Below are positions 48,288 through 61,164 of a stretch of 64,000 nt of DNA, piece by piece. A program made the position numbers and the translations under genes. The stretch is taken from assembly GCF_018350175.1 (NCBI RefSeq), contig NC_058368.1, positions 159,032,001 to 159,096,000 of the forward strand, in the 5' to 3' direction. The notes under the pieces are model-generated. The model made no database searches. It saw only the letters and a list, made by a program, of their open reading frames with translations, and was not told the origin of the DNA. Every line of letters starts with the position of its first letter. Within the stretch, counting starts at the first letter, position 1. This DNA is from Felis catus (taxonomy: Eukaryota).

Positions 48288-49544
48288 GGATTAGCACAAA
48301 GAGACCATCATCCTGACTTGGGGGTACCAACTCTCTTAATCTACAGGATAGTTACAAGGGCTTTAGTTGGCTTCTTAGTAAAAGTAAAATTTGATCATAA
48401 CTTTAAATGAAATCTACAAAATAGGGAAAGTGGAGAAGGTATAGTTAGGTGACACTATAAGAAAAATGTTTGGACAAAATTTCAATTTTTGATTGAATTG
48501 AGATATATAGTCCCAAATTAAACAGTTTTCTGAATTTGGAAACCTTTTAGTATATAGAAAGTTTTTCTATAATGACACTGATAAAAAATGTGTGGATATA
48601 GTAGACATCTATGAATTTTCCTGGCCAGTATTGACTCACATTGCTGCTGGTATTGGCAACTTTGTACAGGTTTAGGTACTGTTTCTCTCCTGATTCTATG
48701 TAATCTCTACTGGGAATGTCATTCAAGGGTGGGGATGTTCCCAAAACTAGATCAACCTGAATAAGGCAATCTCTTCCTTCTCCTCTCTTCCTCTTCCCTA
48801 CCCCTGATCCTCTGTCTGTCTCTTCCTCCACTCACCCTTCATCTGTGTCTCACCCTTCATCCCTCTTTTCACTCATTATTTCTAAGATTTGAATTTGAGT
48901 ATAATAAAAAAGAATAGACAGTGGACATTAGTTGGAGTTTTTTTGCTTATTTTTGAACTTTACAGAAGTTTAGCAGCACCAAGAAAATCATTTTTGCAAA
49001 GTTAGAATTTTGATTACTTCTAGGGAGAAATGATTGGATCTAATGATGAAGAGACACATTCAAGGCTTCTAAGAGTAGTGTTAATGTTCTATATATCTGA
49101 GTGTCTATTACATGAGTATTTGCTTTTAATGTGCTGATTGATACATTTATGGTATTATTTGGCATGTATTTTGTGTATTCTGCTTTTAACACATGATTGG
49201 AATTAATTTTTTTTTTTCCTGGACAACAGCATGTTGAAAGACTGTTCCCGAGTTCCTGCTATGTAACTCTCCAGATCCTTTTTGGTTTCCATGCTTTTTA
49301 AGATCTGTCATTCTGATTTCCTTAGGGTTGATATCATTACATCTTTTCAAATTCATTCATTTTATTTTGCCTAATTTATTCTGAGTTAGTTTCTTTTACT
49401 TGCAGTTTAAAACCCAAAGTTACTTAATGGGCAAATAGAACTAAAATAATTTGTTAAAAACCACAAATATATAGGTTTTAAGTTGATTGTGGGAGCTAAC
49501 ATGAAATTTAGGAGTTAGTTAAAAATTAAAATTTCTTTAAAACA

Positions 49545-49842
49545 ACTTCCCTGACTTCCCACACTCCAATGTAGAATTAATCATTACCTCATCTGTGTCC
49601 TCTGAAAGCATGAGCCATTGCAGAACTGTGGGTTGCATGAAGATATAGATACTATATTTAAAGAACACAGGTAAAAATGCATGTATATTATCTTATAATT
49701 ATTTGGTTTCCTGTGTTTTCTCCTTCCTTGATTGTTAGCCAGTTAAAGGCAAGGAGCTTCATCTCATACTGAATTTTGTATTGGTAGTACCTTTTTCAGC
49801 GTCGGGCACTAGTCACGGATCAATAAATATTTGTTGAATTGA
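49545..49842 (+). mobile_element. L2 3' end
   Basis: cttccctgacttccc...agaattaatcattacctc...aaggcaaggagc...aataaatatttgttgaattga. Confidence 0.7.
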
Positions 49843-50589
49843 TTTTTTTCCCCCAGGATTCCTTGTGAGGGATCAATAGTATGTAGAGATTTTGCTTTAT
49901 AAATCTTTGTAAAAATAATGCAGTAATAGCCTTCATAGCCACTAAAGAAATAGTTTATGGCTGATTGATATATATATTTTAAAGAGGGCAGCTCAAATTT
50001 GGAGGGCTTGAATTCCCACGTTCTCACTTACCAGATTTATTTTTATTCCTAACATAGAATAAAAACATGGGTAGTTGAAATAGACTAATGTTGTAAAAAG
50101 CTCCCTTACATATGTTTCAAGTCATGATGTCAATATTAAGCACCCAGAGTTTGGATAGCAAAGTACTGGGATCCAGAAATCTTAAGCATTGTATTCCTAG
50201 CCAAATAGAATTTTCATTACCTATGTCAATGTTTTTTTTGTTAATATCCTAATGGCAACTAACCTGCAGCCCTAGAGTTTCTAAGGAAATCTGCTTTTCT
50301 GAAATTACTTAAACCTTGTAAGGATTGTTAGTTGATGACAAACAAAATAGTCTTTCCATCCCTTTTATTACCTTAATCGTCTTTGGTTGCTTAGTGATCT
50401 TTGATGAGTTTGAAAGCAGAAGGAAAGATTTCAGAAATTCCCTTATGTTTTGCAGGTTCCTAGTTTAATGAACACAGTTAGAATATTAAGTTAATGAGGT
50501 TAAACCCCTGGGTTTAATTACCAAATATGGCTGGACTATGCTCCAAATCCAGAAAAATCAGTGCTTTAAGATGACTAACAAAACCACTA

Positions 50590-50710
50590 GACACAGAAAG
50601 ATAACACTTAAGTCTGAATTTTAATTCTTCCACTAATTTAATATGTAAATCTTAGCCAAGTTAATTAATCCTCTTAGGTTAAAGAGTGAAAAGAAAATAG
50701 TATTAAATGC
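50590..50710 (+). mobile_element. MIR remnant
   Basis: ttcttccactaatttaatatgtaaatcttagccaagttaattaatcctct. Confidence 0.55.
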
Positions 50711-52356
50711 ACCTGAATCATTTCTGAGAGATGTTGGAAGGATCTAATGTAATAATATCTGTGAAGTTAATTTTAAAACTACAAAACATAGTGAACACAT
50801 TTAATATTAACTTTATTGTCATAATTGGGATATAAATGGGTGATTTGGATAGATTATCATAAAATCTGTCACTTTTATTATAAAAGCAGTTAGTCACAAA
50901 ATCTCTGCCTGGTATCATCTATCTATCTATCACGTATCCTTTATTATTGAGTGATAATACATTCCTAATATTTTAGTATCAATTTTATTGAGAAATTCCA
51001 GAATTTTGAAAGAGGAATATTTCTATATATACTATTTTGTGTATATTATTTTATTATTTAAGATCATATATGACATGGCTATCAAAGAAACCCAGAGACT
51101 ATTCTAGATGCTAGGCGTAGGGAAATAGATGACAAATGGATTTTCTGGCTTACAACTTGGTCCTTGAGGAAAACATATATGCCAGTTTCTTGATTACCAC
51201 CTTTTATTGTATTCTTTAGAGAAATTTTCATGCAACAGAAAAGGAGAAAAGTGCAAAGAACAATATGACAGTACTACCTTCCAGCTATTCATACACAGCA
51301 GCAATGAATAGTTTTTGGAAGTCAAATACCACCCAAGTCAAGAAGTAGAACCTTGTTTGCCACCCCAGAAACTCCTACAGACCACAGTGCCCTCCCTCTT
51401 GCCTTAAGTAATCAGTATCCTGGCATTTAAAGTAATCACGTTCTTGTGATTTTCTTTTTTATAGTTTTATCACTCAGATATGCCACCAGATACTATCACT
51501 TGGTCTCGCACATAATTATACTACCATGGAGATCATTTGGTATTTGGCAGTTCTGCCACGCCTTCTCATATTTGGAGGGTTTGTGGACATACCTTGTCAC
51601 TTAATTTTGTTGTAAATGGTTTCTATTGTTTTTTGGGTTTGTTATTTAGTTTTTTGTCTGTTTTCATGTAGGGATTCTAAAGATTGAAAGACTTGCTGTT
51701 GCTGTCACTGCCATCTTTCCATATAGCTGTTGTCATTTTGTCATCTTTCCTGCTAGTGCTTTTTTCTCTTCTGCTTAAAATGTATTACAGATGTAGCCAA
51801 TCTCACCTTCATCCAGTATTATCTCTGTGTGCATAGGTCTGTTTAAAGCTTTATATTAGGTTCTCTTGATTTACCCATCTGTTCTTACACCTGTGCCATA
51901 TTATTTTTTATGCTGTTGTTTCAAAGTTTGTTTAGTATCTGGTTCATTTTATTAATTTTTTTCCTAGAGTGTCTACTTAGATATTCACATATTTTTATTT
52001 TTTCATGGAAATTTTAGAACACATCTATTCTTTTCAAAGCCAATTTGGATTATTATTGGAGTAAATTTATTTATGAATTAGTGGAAAATTCTGTTTTCAG
52101 TATTAGGTATTCCTATCCAACAGCAGACTGTCTCCACTGAGCTTCCTTGGTATCATTTAGAATGGTCTTAGTATTTTTGATGAGATGATTGTTAGATAGT
52201 TTTAGCTTTTGTTAATATTGTAACTTATTTTTTGTTACTAATAACAAAACACTATTTGTGTTTTTGTAGTATTTTATATTTGATTATTTTTGATAGAAAT
52301 TCAGTTATTTTTTAACATTTATCTTGATTTCAACAAGTATGCTAAAATTGATGTGC

Positions 52357-53503
52357 CCAAAGGCAAGAGAAATAAAAACAAAAATGAACTATTGGGACCT
52401 CATCAAGATAAAAAGTTTGTGCACTGCAAAGGAAACAATCAATAAAACTAAAAGGCAACCAACAGAATGAGAGGAGATATTTGCAAATGACATATCAGAT
52501 AAAGGATTGGTATCCAAAATCTATAAAGAACTTACCAAACTCAACACCTGAAAAACAAATAATCCAGTGAAGAAATCAGCAGAAGACATGAATAGACACT
52601 TTTCCAAAGAAGGCATGCAGATGGCCAACAGACACATGAAAAGGTGCTCAACACACTCATCATCAGGGAAATCAAATCAAAACCACACTGAGATACTACC
52701 TCACACCAGTCAGAGTGGCTAAAATTAACAACTCAGGAAACAACAGATGTTGGCGAGGATGTAGAGAAAGGAAACCCTCTGGCACTGTTGGTGGGAATGC
52801 AAAGTGATGTAGCCACTCTGGAAAACGGTATGGAGGTTCCTCAAAAAACTAATAATAAAATTACCCTTTGACCCAGCAATAGCACTACTAGAATTTATCC
52901 ACAGGATACAAGAGTGCTGATTCACAGGGGAACATGTACCCCATTGTTTACAGTAGTGCTTTCAACAAGAGCCAAATTATGGAAAGAGCCTAAATGTCCA
53001 TCAACTGATGAATGGATAAAGAAGATGTGGTTTATATATACAATGGAATACTACTTGGCAATGAGAATGAAACTTTCCATTCGCATCAATGTGGACGGAA
53101 CTGGAGGGTATTCTGCTAAGTGAAATATGTCAGAGAAAGACAGATATCATGTGTTTTCACTCATATGTGGAACTTGAGAAACTTAACAGAAGACCATGTG
53201 GGGAGGGTAGGGGAAAAAATAGTTTCAAACAAAGAGGGAGACAAGCCATAAAGACTCTTAAATACAGAGAACAAACTGAGGGTTTATGGGGGAAGGCAGG
53301 GGAGAAGAGAAAATGAGTGATGGGCATTCAGGAGGGCCCTTGTTGGGATGAGCACTAGGTGTTGTATTTAAGTGATGAATCATGGGAAACTACCCCCAAA
53401 ACCAACAGCACACTGTATACACTGTATGTTAACTAAATTGACAATAAATTATATTTTTAAAAAATTAAAATAGTTTAAAATTTTTTTTTAAAAATGAAAA
53501 AAA
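52357..53503 (+). mobile_element. Carnivore/feline L1, 5'-truncated (~1.15 kb), decayed
   Basis: ORF2 C-terminus (ORF 52914-53123: [40 protein letters not shown]), 3'UTR and A tail; TSD taaaattgatgtgc at 52343-52356 and 53504-53517. Confidence 0.96.
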
Positions 53504-54235
53504 TAAAATTGATGTGCATTTTTTAATTCATTCTCTTGATTTTTCTATGTAGATGAACTTCTCCTCAATACTCCTTATACCTTTTATTGTGCTTATTGTG
53601 TTGGTCAGACACTAATAAGATCAGTGAAGGTTTCTGATCTTAAAGGGCTTTCATATATATCTTCTCCATTAAATACCATTTTTACTGTACTTCTCTGAAT
53701 TACAGCCTTTTCCAAGTTAAAGAAATTCTGTTCCATTTCTAGTTTACTAAAAGTTTTTGACCTAAAGCAACTTTGGCAGTTGCTTTTGTGTATGTATTGG
53801 GGAATAATATGATTTTTGTCTTTAAGTCTGTTAATATGGTGAATATCATTGGTAAATTTTCTGATGTTGACTTAAACTCTAAATATGATACTTTATCTAT
53901 ACATTTAATTCTTGATTCTATGTTCATAAGTGATTGGACCTTTGGTTTCTTTTGTATTATTCTTACCTGGTTTTGAATAATTGCACTGTCTCATTAAATC
54001 AAATTGGCTTGTTAATCTTTCTACACTCTGGAACAACTTTTATTGGATAGGAATGAATTGTCCATTGAAAATTTACAATATCAATAACAGTAGCAAATAT
54101 TTATATCTATTCTTCTGATTTATGTTTATATTTTTAATTTGTTTCTTTGAATAATATGGCATAGTATGTTCTGCTATCATTTCCATTTTATAAATAAGGA
54201 AACTGAGGTACAAAAGAGTAAGTAATTTGCCTTTT

Positions 54236-54790
54236 GAGTTTCTTGGGGTTTATGAACTAAGAGTTTTATGGATAAAATTCAGGATGTCCGAATATTTGTT
54301 TAAGGAAAAAGGTACACAATTAATTTCACCAACCTTTAACTGAATTTTAGCACATCCATCAACTACAAATCTAGGCAAAAAACAAACAAAAACCACATAA
54401 TAACATTAACAGTATCTGTTACTTCTCTAACAATAGATTTTGGGTATAGTTCTATATCACTTTTAAGTTGTAGATATCTCAAAATAATATTGAGGCTCAT
54501 TACCTTTTTGAAATTATAAATAGCAGAATCACTTCTAGATCTTATTTCTTGATTTATCACATTAATAAATAAACAAGGTATGCATCTATGTATCTATTAA
54601 TATTTAATAACTGTTTCAGTGTAATTTTTTCTTCATATAATTTTGTATGTACAGGGTCCTAGTTTTGCAGTTTTATGGCAACTAATAAAATCTGTCTTGC
54701 CATACTATTCTGCAAACCAATGCATGCTTATATTTATTTTATGCATATAGCAGCTCTCTTTTGAGGTGGAGTTCATACACTTCACCTTTA
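54236..54790. mobile_element. Charlie4a-like hAT element
   Basis: atggataaaattcaggatgtcc, tttcaccaacctttaactgaattttagca, aaaccaca...attaacagtatctgt, gatatctcaaaata, ctagatctt, tttattttatgcat...gagttcatacacttcacc. Confidence 0.7.
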
Positions 54791-57701
54791 AAACATGTTG
54801 AAATTATCTGCATTAGATGAAATTAATTACCAGCTATGCTTATAGTAGTGGGTATAGAATTCACCAGTAACGTGCTTAAGAACTAGGCTTTGAGAGTTTT
54901 GGATTAATATTTAATTATGTTTAAAATATCTGTTTTTTATTGAACCAGTTTTCTATTGTTGTATTTTGTTGAAATGAATCCATTTAATCTACATTTTCTA
55001 ATTTATTAGTAAATAGATATTCATAATTTAATTTTACTACATTTTACATCTCTGTTGTATGTATGGTTATTTATCCATTTCTCAGGCTGATTTTTGTTTC
55101 TTTTTCACTTTTTTGGTTTTGTCTGATATCTGACTTATTAATCTTTTAAAAGATCTCACTTTTTTTATTTTTCTATAATCTTACCTGCTTTTATTTATGA
55201 CCCTATTTTATTTATTTATTTTTTCAAATTTCTTGGTTTGGATGATTATTTTTTATTTTCAACTCTCTTTTGTCTAAATGTATTTCACCTTAGTTTTAAT
55301 TCCTCTGTAATATTAGATTAAGTAATTTACTATATGCATGCAGTCCTAATTAGACAGTTTATGTCCCTTCAAATGCTGCCAAGGATAGTTCTCACTATTT
55401 GGATTTGATTTTGATAATTATTTAAAATAGTTTCTTGCTTGAATCTGGCTAGATACCACTATTTTTTGAGTAAACATTTAGAAATATTTTTTGAAATTCA
55501 GGAATTGTGAATCATGCAAATAAAGACAAATAGAATGATAAAATATTAATAGATTTTTACCAAAATTGGTTGAGAAGAGGTCTCTGGCTATACAACAATC
55601 TGGGTCTAATGTCTGAGTTCAGAGAGTTACATCATTGACAGGAAGAAATAGGAAATAAATTTGAGCAACATCTGGTTTTCTCCTTAGACAATTTTTCTAT
55701 TTGGAGCTCATCTTTTACAGCTGCTTTTCCTTTTGTTTTATAAACTTTAAAATTTCCTGGTTCTCATCATTCCTTTAGCCTCAGCAACATTGAATGGTAT
55801 TACCCAGAGCTCCCTGCATTCCTTGGTCAGTGTATTTGACCATCAGTACCAAAATCTAGTAGTGGTTTATAAACGCTATTAGATTCATCCTAAAGCCAGC
55901 ACATGATGCGAATAGTAAAGAACATGGTTTTGTTCAGAGTTTATTCTGCTTTTCACAATGCCAAAACAACTCATTTCAATTCTCAGTAATGTTCAAGAAA
56001 TATTTTAGTATTATTTTAATTTACTCTTTTAGATGTGTTTCTTTGTTAACTCAAAGATGTTTTCTTGTAGTTTATAAGTGTCAGTTTTTTTTGTATGTAT
56101 TATCAAGAGTGGAAGATAAAATTTGGGGTTTGAGAGATGGAAATGAGGATATCAGTGAGGACATTGCCATTCGCTAGCCTGCTCTCCTGATGTCTGCTCT
56201 TTTTTCGACCCATATTTTAAAGTGCTACTCAAGCATTCTATTTCTTTTATCCCTGCCTTTTTTTCTCTCTTTCTTTAAACTAAATATTATATAGCCTTTT
56301 GTAGTGCTTAATGGTGTTTTCTTATATTTTCCCCAAATCATTTTTATGCATTTGTTTTGCTTGCCACCTAGATCATAATCTATCTGAAATCCTTAACATG
56401 TCCAGTACACTACCAGCAAATAGTGGGTGAATATAAATCCTCATGGAGAGGTGATGATGAATGCAAGTAAAATAGCCTTATTTGGCAAGACAGACATACC
56501 ATAATTTTAGTTAAATAAGATTTAATTGCCAATTTAATTTAGTTATAACTGGGGATTTTAGCCATCGTAGCTTTAGAAGCTGAGAATATAAGAATGTTAG
56601 AGATTTAGGTGAATAGCTGGCTGGCTTCTCCTCAGAGGACAACTGCAGTACTCTGTGGCCCTTACACACAGACCTAGAGGAGCCACAGGATAAACCTGAC
56701 TGGCATAAATGTCTTTTCATTATTGTCTTAATAAAAGTCCTTTTGAGTTTCAGTTAGTTATGACATCATTTTGGGGCACTAGTTCCCTGATTTTATCTTG
56801 TAATATTCAAAATGTCACTTTCTGATACTCTGTGTCTCATGAAATGGAAAAGAAACCATTTGGGTAGAAAACAAAAGTGTGGCAGGTAATAGGTACTATA
56901 ATTCAAGAGCCATGCAAATTTGCCATGAGCTGTGTTTCTTTATTCAGTAATTTATTCATGTAGTTATATATTTAGGGAGTTTACGTCAGGCACTAAGTCA
57001 GACAATAGCATACTGGACTTAACTTATTAAAGGATAGTCAAAACAAATAATGTAGGCACAACAGCCTAGACACAGAGAAAGAGGGGCAAAAATACATGTA
57101 TTGGGAAGAACTGGTTATGATTTTTTTTCTTTTTACGTATCTGCAAAATTCCACAAGATAGATGACAATTGGAGAATTTAATTGAATCCTTCCTAGAGTG
57201 ATCAATCTTGAGCGCCTTTAAGAAGGGAAGCCATTGAAAGTAATATATTTTCTTTTTTTTTTTATATTGCTTAAACTCAAGAAGACCTAGAGAGTGAAAT
57301 ATGAAAGTGTGTAGTAGAGGGCTCATTGATGCTAAAAGAAGGGTATATGCCTTACTATCACTAGTGCTAGTCCCCAAATTAGTGCCTGCCCTAGGGAAGA
57401 ATCTTGTGTTTAATCTAACAGGTTCAAAAGTTGAAGAACTAAATGAACTTTCGTTTCATATTAGTGGAAGGCATCAACAGTAAAATCCAACCTGAGGAGA
57501 TAATTTCAAACTGGGCTGTAGAAGCTAGAGTGCTTGAGTCCTCTCTTCCCCTTCCCCTCCTCCCCACAACTGTTGTTCTTCTAAGAGACTTCTATTCCTG
57601 GCTGGCCTTCTGAAACTCAGATTGCATTCCCAGACAGAATGTCCATACATGTGGACTAGGCATAAAATAAATATAGGGAGCAAGATCCTAATTGTGGTTA
57701 G

Positions 57702-58700
57702 AAGTGGTTTTCTCAACACAGGCAGGAGATGTGAGTGTAGGGAGTCCTAGAAAAAGGCTCATGGATAAGGAATCTTCAGACTTCAAGGTAAAGAGATCAA
57801 GATCCAGGGAGTGACTATAATGGCATTTCTAGTACCTTAAAAGGTTTCATTTTGAGACTATAAGAGGACTCAAAATTAAGAACTTGACAATTTCCTTTCT
57901 ATTTATACTAGACATTAATATTATCCTAGACATTCAATATACATATACGCCAGTGCCAACACACTTAATTGTCTTGGGAAAACTGAAGAGACACGGTGGA
58001 AACACAAAAGTGAGTCCTACTCAATCCCATATCCTTCCATAGAGAGACTGCTTCATCCTTTTTAGAGGACTTGGGATTTCTTTTGGTAACTGAGTGGATG
58101 AGGCTAAAGAGTGATCTTTTGCATCAACCAATTCCTTAGTACTTTTACAGAAATGTGTCCAGTCTTTGAATAGGGAGAGGGTAGTTATAGAGGCAATAAT
58201 TTAAAAAAATTAATAAATAATTAAATCACATAATGGATAATACAGAATCATTCATTAAAAATTATTATCATTAACATTATAAACTGAAATAATAGGGAGA
58301 CCTTCAAAAAGTATTACAATGGGCACAATTTTAATAAGAAAACATAATCTTTAAAACATAGATTGGGGCGCCTGGGCGGCTCAGTTGGTTAAGTGACTGA
58401 CTTTAGCTCAGGTCATGATCTCTTGGTTTGTGGGTTCGGGCCCCACGTTGGGCTCTGTGCTGACAGCTCAGAATCTAGAGCCTGCTTTGGATTCTGTGTC
58501 TCCCTTTCTCTCTGTCCTTCCGCATATTGTGTTCTGTCTCTTTCTCTCTCTCAACAATAAATAAAAATTACAAAAATTAAAAAAAAATAGATGGTTTAGT
58601 ATTGGTATAAACATTTTTTTTCTCATTGGGTGTCTTTAAAAATATTATATATCTTACCTGTGTGGAATGGTTTATGATTGAATATAAAATCTGGAAATAA
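57702..58700. mobile_element. Probable old hAT-Charlie remnant split by a CAN-SINE
   Basis: Starts agtggttttctcaac (hAT TIR-like); internal gccagtg...acttaattgtcttgggaaaactgaagaga and atatccttccatagagagactgctt recall Charlie-type sequence; subfamily not resolved. Confidence 0.4.
58365..58585 (+). mobile_element. CAN-SINE
   Basis: ggggcgcctgggcggctcagttggttaag head, full body, A tail; flanks share atagat. Confidence 0.95.
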
Positions 58701-59150
58701 GATCAGGAAGAGGACTTTTAAGATTTTATCCTGCTGTGTGATCAGATTTTTGTTTTAGGAAGGATGATAAAGAAGTCAGGGACAATGATATTCTGATAGC
58801 AAAATTATTTATGGTACTATTTAAGTTATATATGGCACCATATAAATTATATATGGCACTATATAAATTAAAATTGTATATCTAAGGCACTAGCAGTGGG
58901 AATGGAGAAAATGGATATTAGTAGGAAAATGTGACATGATTTAGTAACAAATGGCATTATAACAAGCTGAGATGTTTTTCAAGTTTCTGGCTTGGATGGC
59001 TATAGGAGTAATAGTTCCATTCCATTCACTGATTTCAAAAAAAAAGTACATTTGTAGGAGAAGACAAACTCTATTTAGGACATATAAAGACTAAGATGCC
59101 TAATAAACTATTCAAAGGGAAATGTCCAGTAGGTTATGGGTTATGAGTCC
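58700..59150 (-). mobile_element. L2 remnant containing a 21-bp tandem triplet (58804-58870)
   Basis: ctaaggcactagcagtgggaatggagaaaatgga, aagtttctggcttggatggct, tttaggacat, ggaaatgtccagtagg; ttatatatggcactatataaa-like unit x3. Confidence 0.75.
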
Positions 59151-59190
59151 AATTGCCTACATACCATGAAACTCCTTAGAATGACTTTTT

Positions 59191-59395
59191 TTTTTAAATG
59201 ATTTATTTTTGAGACAAAGAGAGACACAGCATGAGCAGGGGAGGCTCAGAGAGACAGGGCGACACAGAATCCGAAGCGGGCTCCAGGCTCTGAGCTGTCA
59301 GCACAGAGCCCGACACAGGACTTGAACTCACAGACTGTGAGATCATAACCCGAGCTGAAGTCGGACACTTAATTGACTGAGCCACCCAGGCGCCC
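59191..59395 (-). mobile_element. CAN-SINE, CpG-retaining
   Basis: 14-bp TSD tagaatgacttttt at 59177-59190 and 59396-59409. Confidence 0.96.
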
Positions 59396-60091
59396 TAGAA
59401 TGACTTTTTATTTGCTACCATGACAGGGCAGCTCCTTTGGTCAGGGATTGTCATGAAGAAATAAACTCCATGGCTTCGAATCCACTGGCTCGCCATTGGG
59501 AAAGGCAGTGGTGGAGTGACTACCTGAAGCCAGGAAGGGCAGCCTGCACCTGTCTTCATTTGCTCCTCAGCCATAGGCTTTTAGGCTGCTTGATGCTTTT
59601 CTGCCCACTCCACCATTTCTGATGGTATCCATGAGTGATACAGGCCATGATTGTCTTAAGGTATTTTGAGGGGAGAGCAAGAATAGAATGTACATTCTTC
59701 ACCTCAGCCACTTCTTAACAGTGTGGGGCCACTTTGCCACAGACTTTACCATTGTTGACACCACTCCTGAAATGCTATACTCCCCAATACCCAATACACA
59801 CTAGGTCAGGACAGTTTCTGTTCCATCCTTTCAATGTATCTTACTTGCATAGTTTCTCCCAGGCTGATTTTAGAGAAGTGGCCCAAAAACCCATGCTAGT
59901 TGGCCATCTTGTCAGGATTTCAGGGCATTATGAATCAGTAATGTCCATCTCTTTTGTAATTCTTCTGAAATAAGTCTCTGTGTTTTTTTTCAGAAGTTCA
60001 GGTTTCTCATTATCTTTAAAGTTGTGCAGTATTTACCCCTCAATGACAGATTTCCAGCTTAATTCTGTACTGTCTTGGCATCCAGGAAAAA

Positions 60092-60093
<2 letters not shown>

Positions 60094-60129
<36 letters not shown>
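60094..60129. repeat. (AC)18 microsatellite
   Basis: Read directly. Confidence 0.97.
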
Positions 60130-60131
<2 letters not shown>

Positions 60132-60692
60132 AACTAGGAATGTTTAATGTCAGCACCCTTGTTATCATTTGTTGAAAATCAATGACATTTAAATAAAAAG
60201 TACCTTATGGACCCAAATATTTCCATTTAAATTAAGAGAAAGGTCAAGTTCTTTCCCTAGTGATCCTTAGAAAATTGGCATTTAAAGTGACATTGTGGGT
60301 ACATGTTTTTTAAGAAATAGCTTTCAAAACTTTCCTTTTATTAAGTCTATTTTGATTTCAGAAAGTTTTCACATAGACATTGTGATGTGTAGTGAAAAGG
60401 AGGTTTCTGGAAGTATGGTTTCCACCTATTTTTGTGTGTATAACATCAATGAGAAAAATAATACACAGACTATTGCAAATTTATTTCTCCATTTCTTTCT
60501 GTTATATCACACACAAAAAAACCTTTATCTTCCCACCTCCAACCTCAGCACTGTAGAAATGTGAATGACTGGTTTCTATTTCTGAAGCATTCCTGACACT
60601 CCTATAAAACTTGAAACATTAGTATATTTTTATTCTTGTCTGCAAATAACAACTCTTATTTCTGTTCCTTTTCTCAAACTAGCAAGGTCAGT

Positions 60693-61164
60693 TGTATTCA
60701 TCATCTGTTGCTGCATAACAAGTCATCCCTCAATTTTTTTCAACTTGGCTTAAAATAACAACTATTTATTATATTTCACAAGTCTGTGTGTCAGCTGGAT
60801 ACCTCTGCTCGTCTGGCCAGGATTAATCTTGCCTGGGCTTCTTTATGTACCTGTACTCGGCTGGCAGTTTGACCAAGGCAACAGGGGTGACTTATGTGCC
60901 ATCATCATCTAGCAGGATATCCTAGACTTGTTTGCATGGTGGCAGCAAATTTCAAACAAAGAACTTGGAAGTGTGCATGCTCTCGGGGCCAAGGCTCAAA
61001 ACTGATAAATTCCCATTGTTGGTCAAAGCAAATCAGAAGTCCAGCCAAATACAAAGGGAAGTTAAATAGCTTCTGTCTTGATGGGTCGAGTCTCAAAATT
61101 ATGTTGAAAAGGAGCCTGGTTACCAGGAGGGGAATAGTGCATGAGTTTTGCAAACCAAACCAGA
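60693..61164 (-). mobile_element. MLT1 (MLT1H/F-like) MaLR solo LTR
   Basis: Starts tgtattcatcatctgttgctgcataacaa...ggcttaaaataacaactatttatt; ggccaaggctcaaaactg, ttggtcaaagcaaatca, tcttgatggg. Confidence 0.85.

Larger units (their letters stand above)
51200..55300 (-). mobile_element. Very old L1 (L1ME-type) fragments, interrupted by a young L1, a MIR and a hAT element
   Basis: T-rich antisense L1M motifs (accacccaagtcaagaagtagaac...caccccagaaactcc, ttcttacacctgtgccata, ccaagttaaagaaattc, tctggaacaac); heavily decayed, boundaries approximate. Confidence 0.6.

Noticed and set aside
58804..58870. 21-bp unit repeated three times (CRISPR-like at a glance)
   Set aside because: The copies are head-to-tail with no spacers, inside an L2 in mammalian DNA; this is an ordinary minisatellite.
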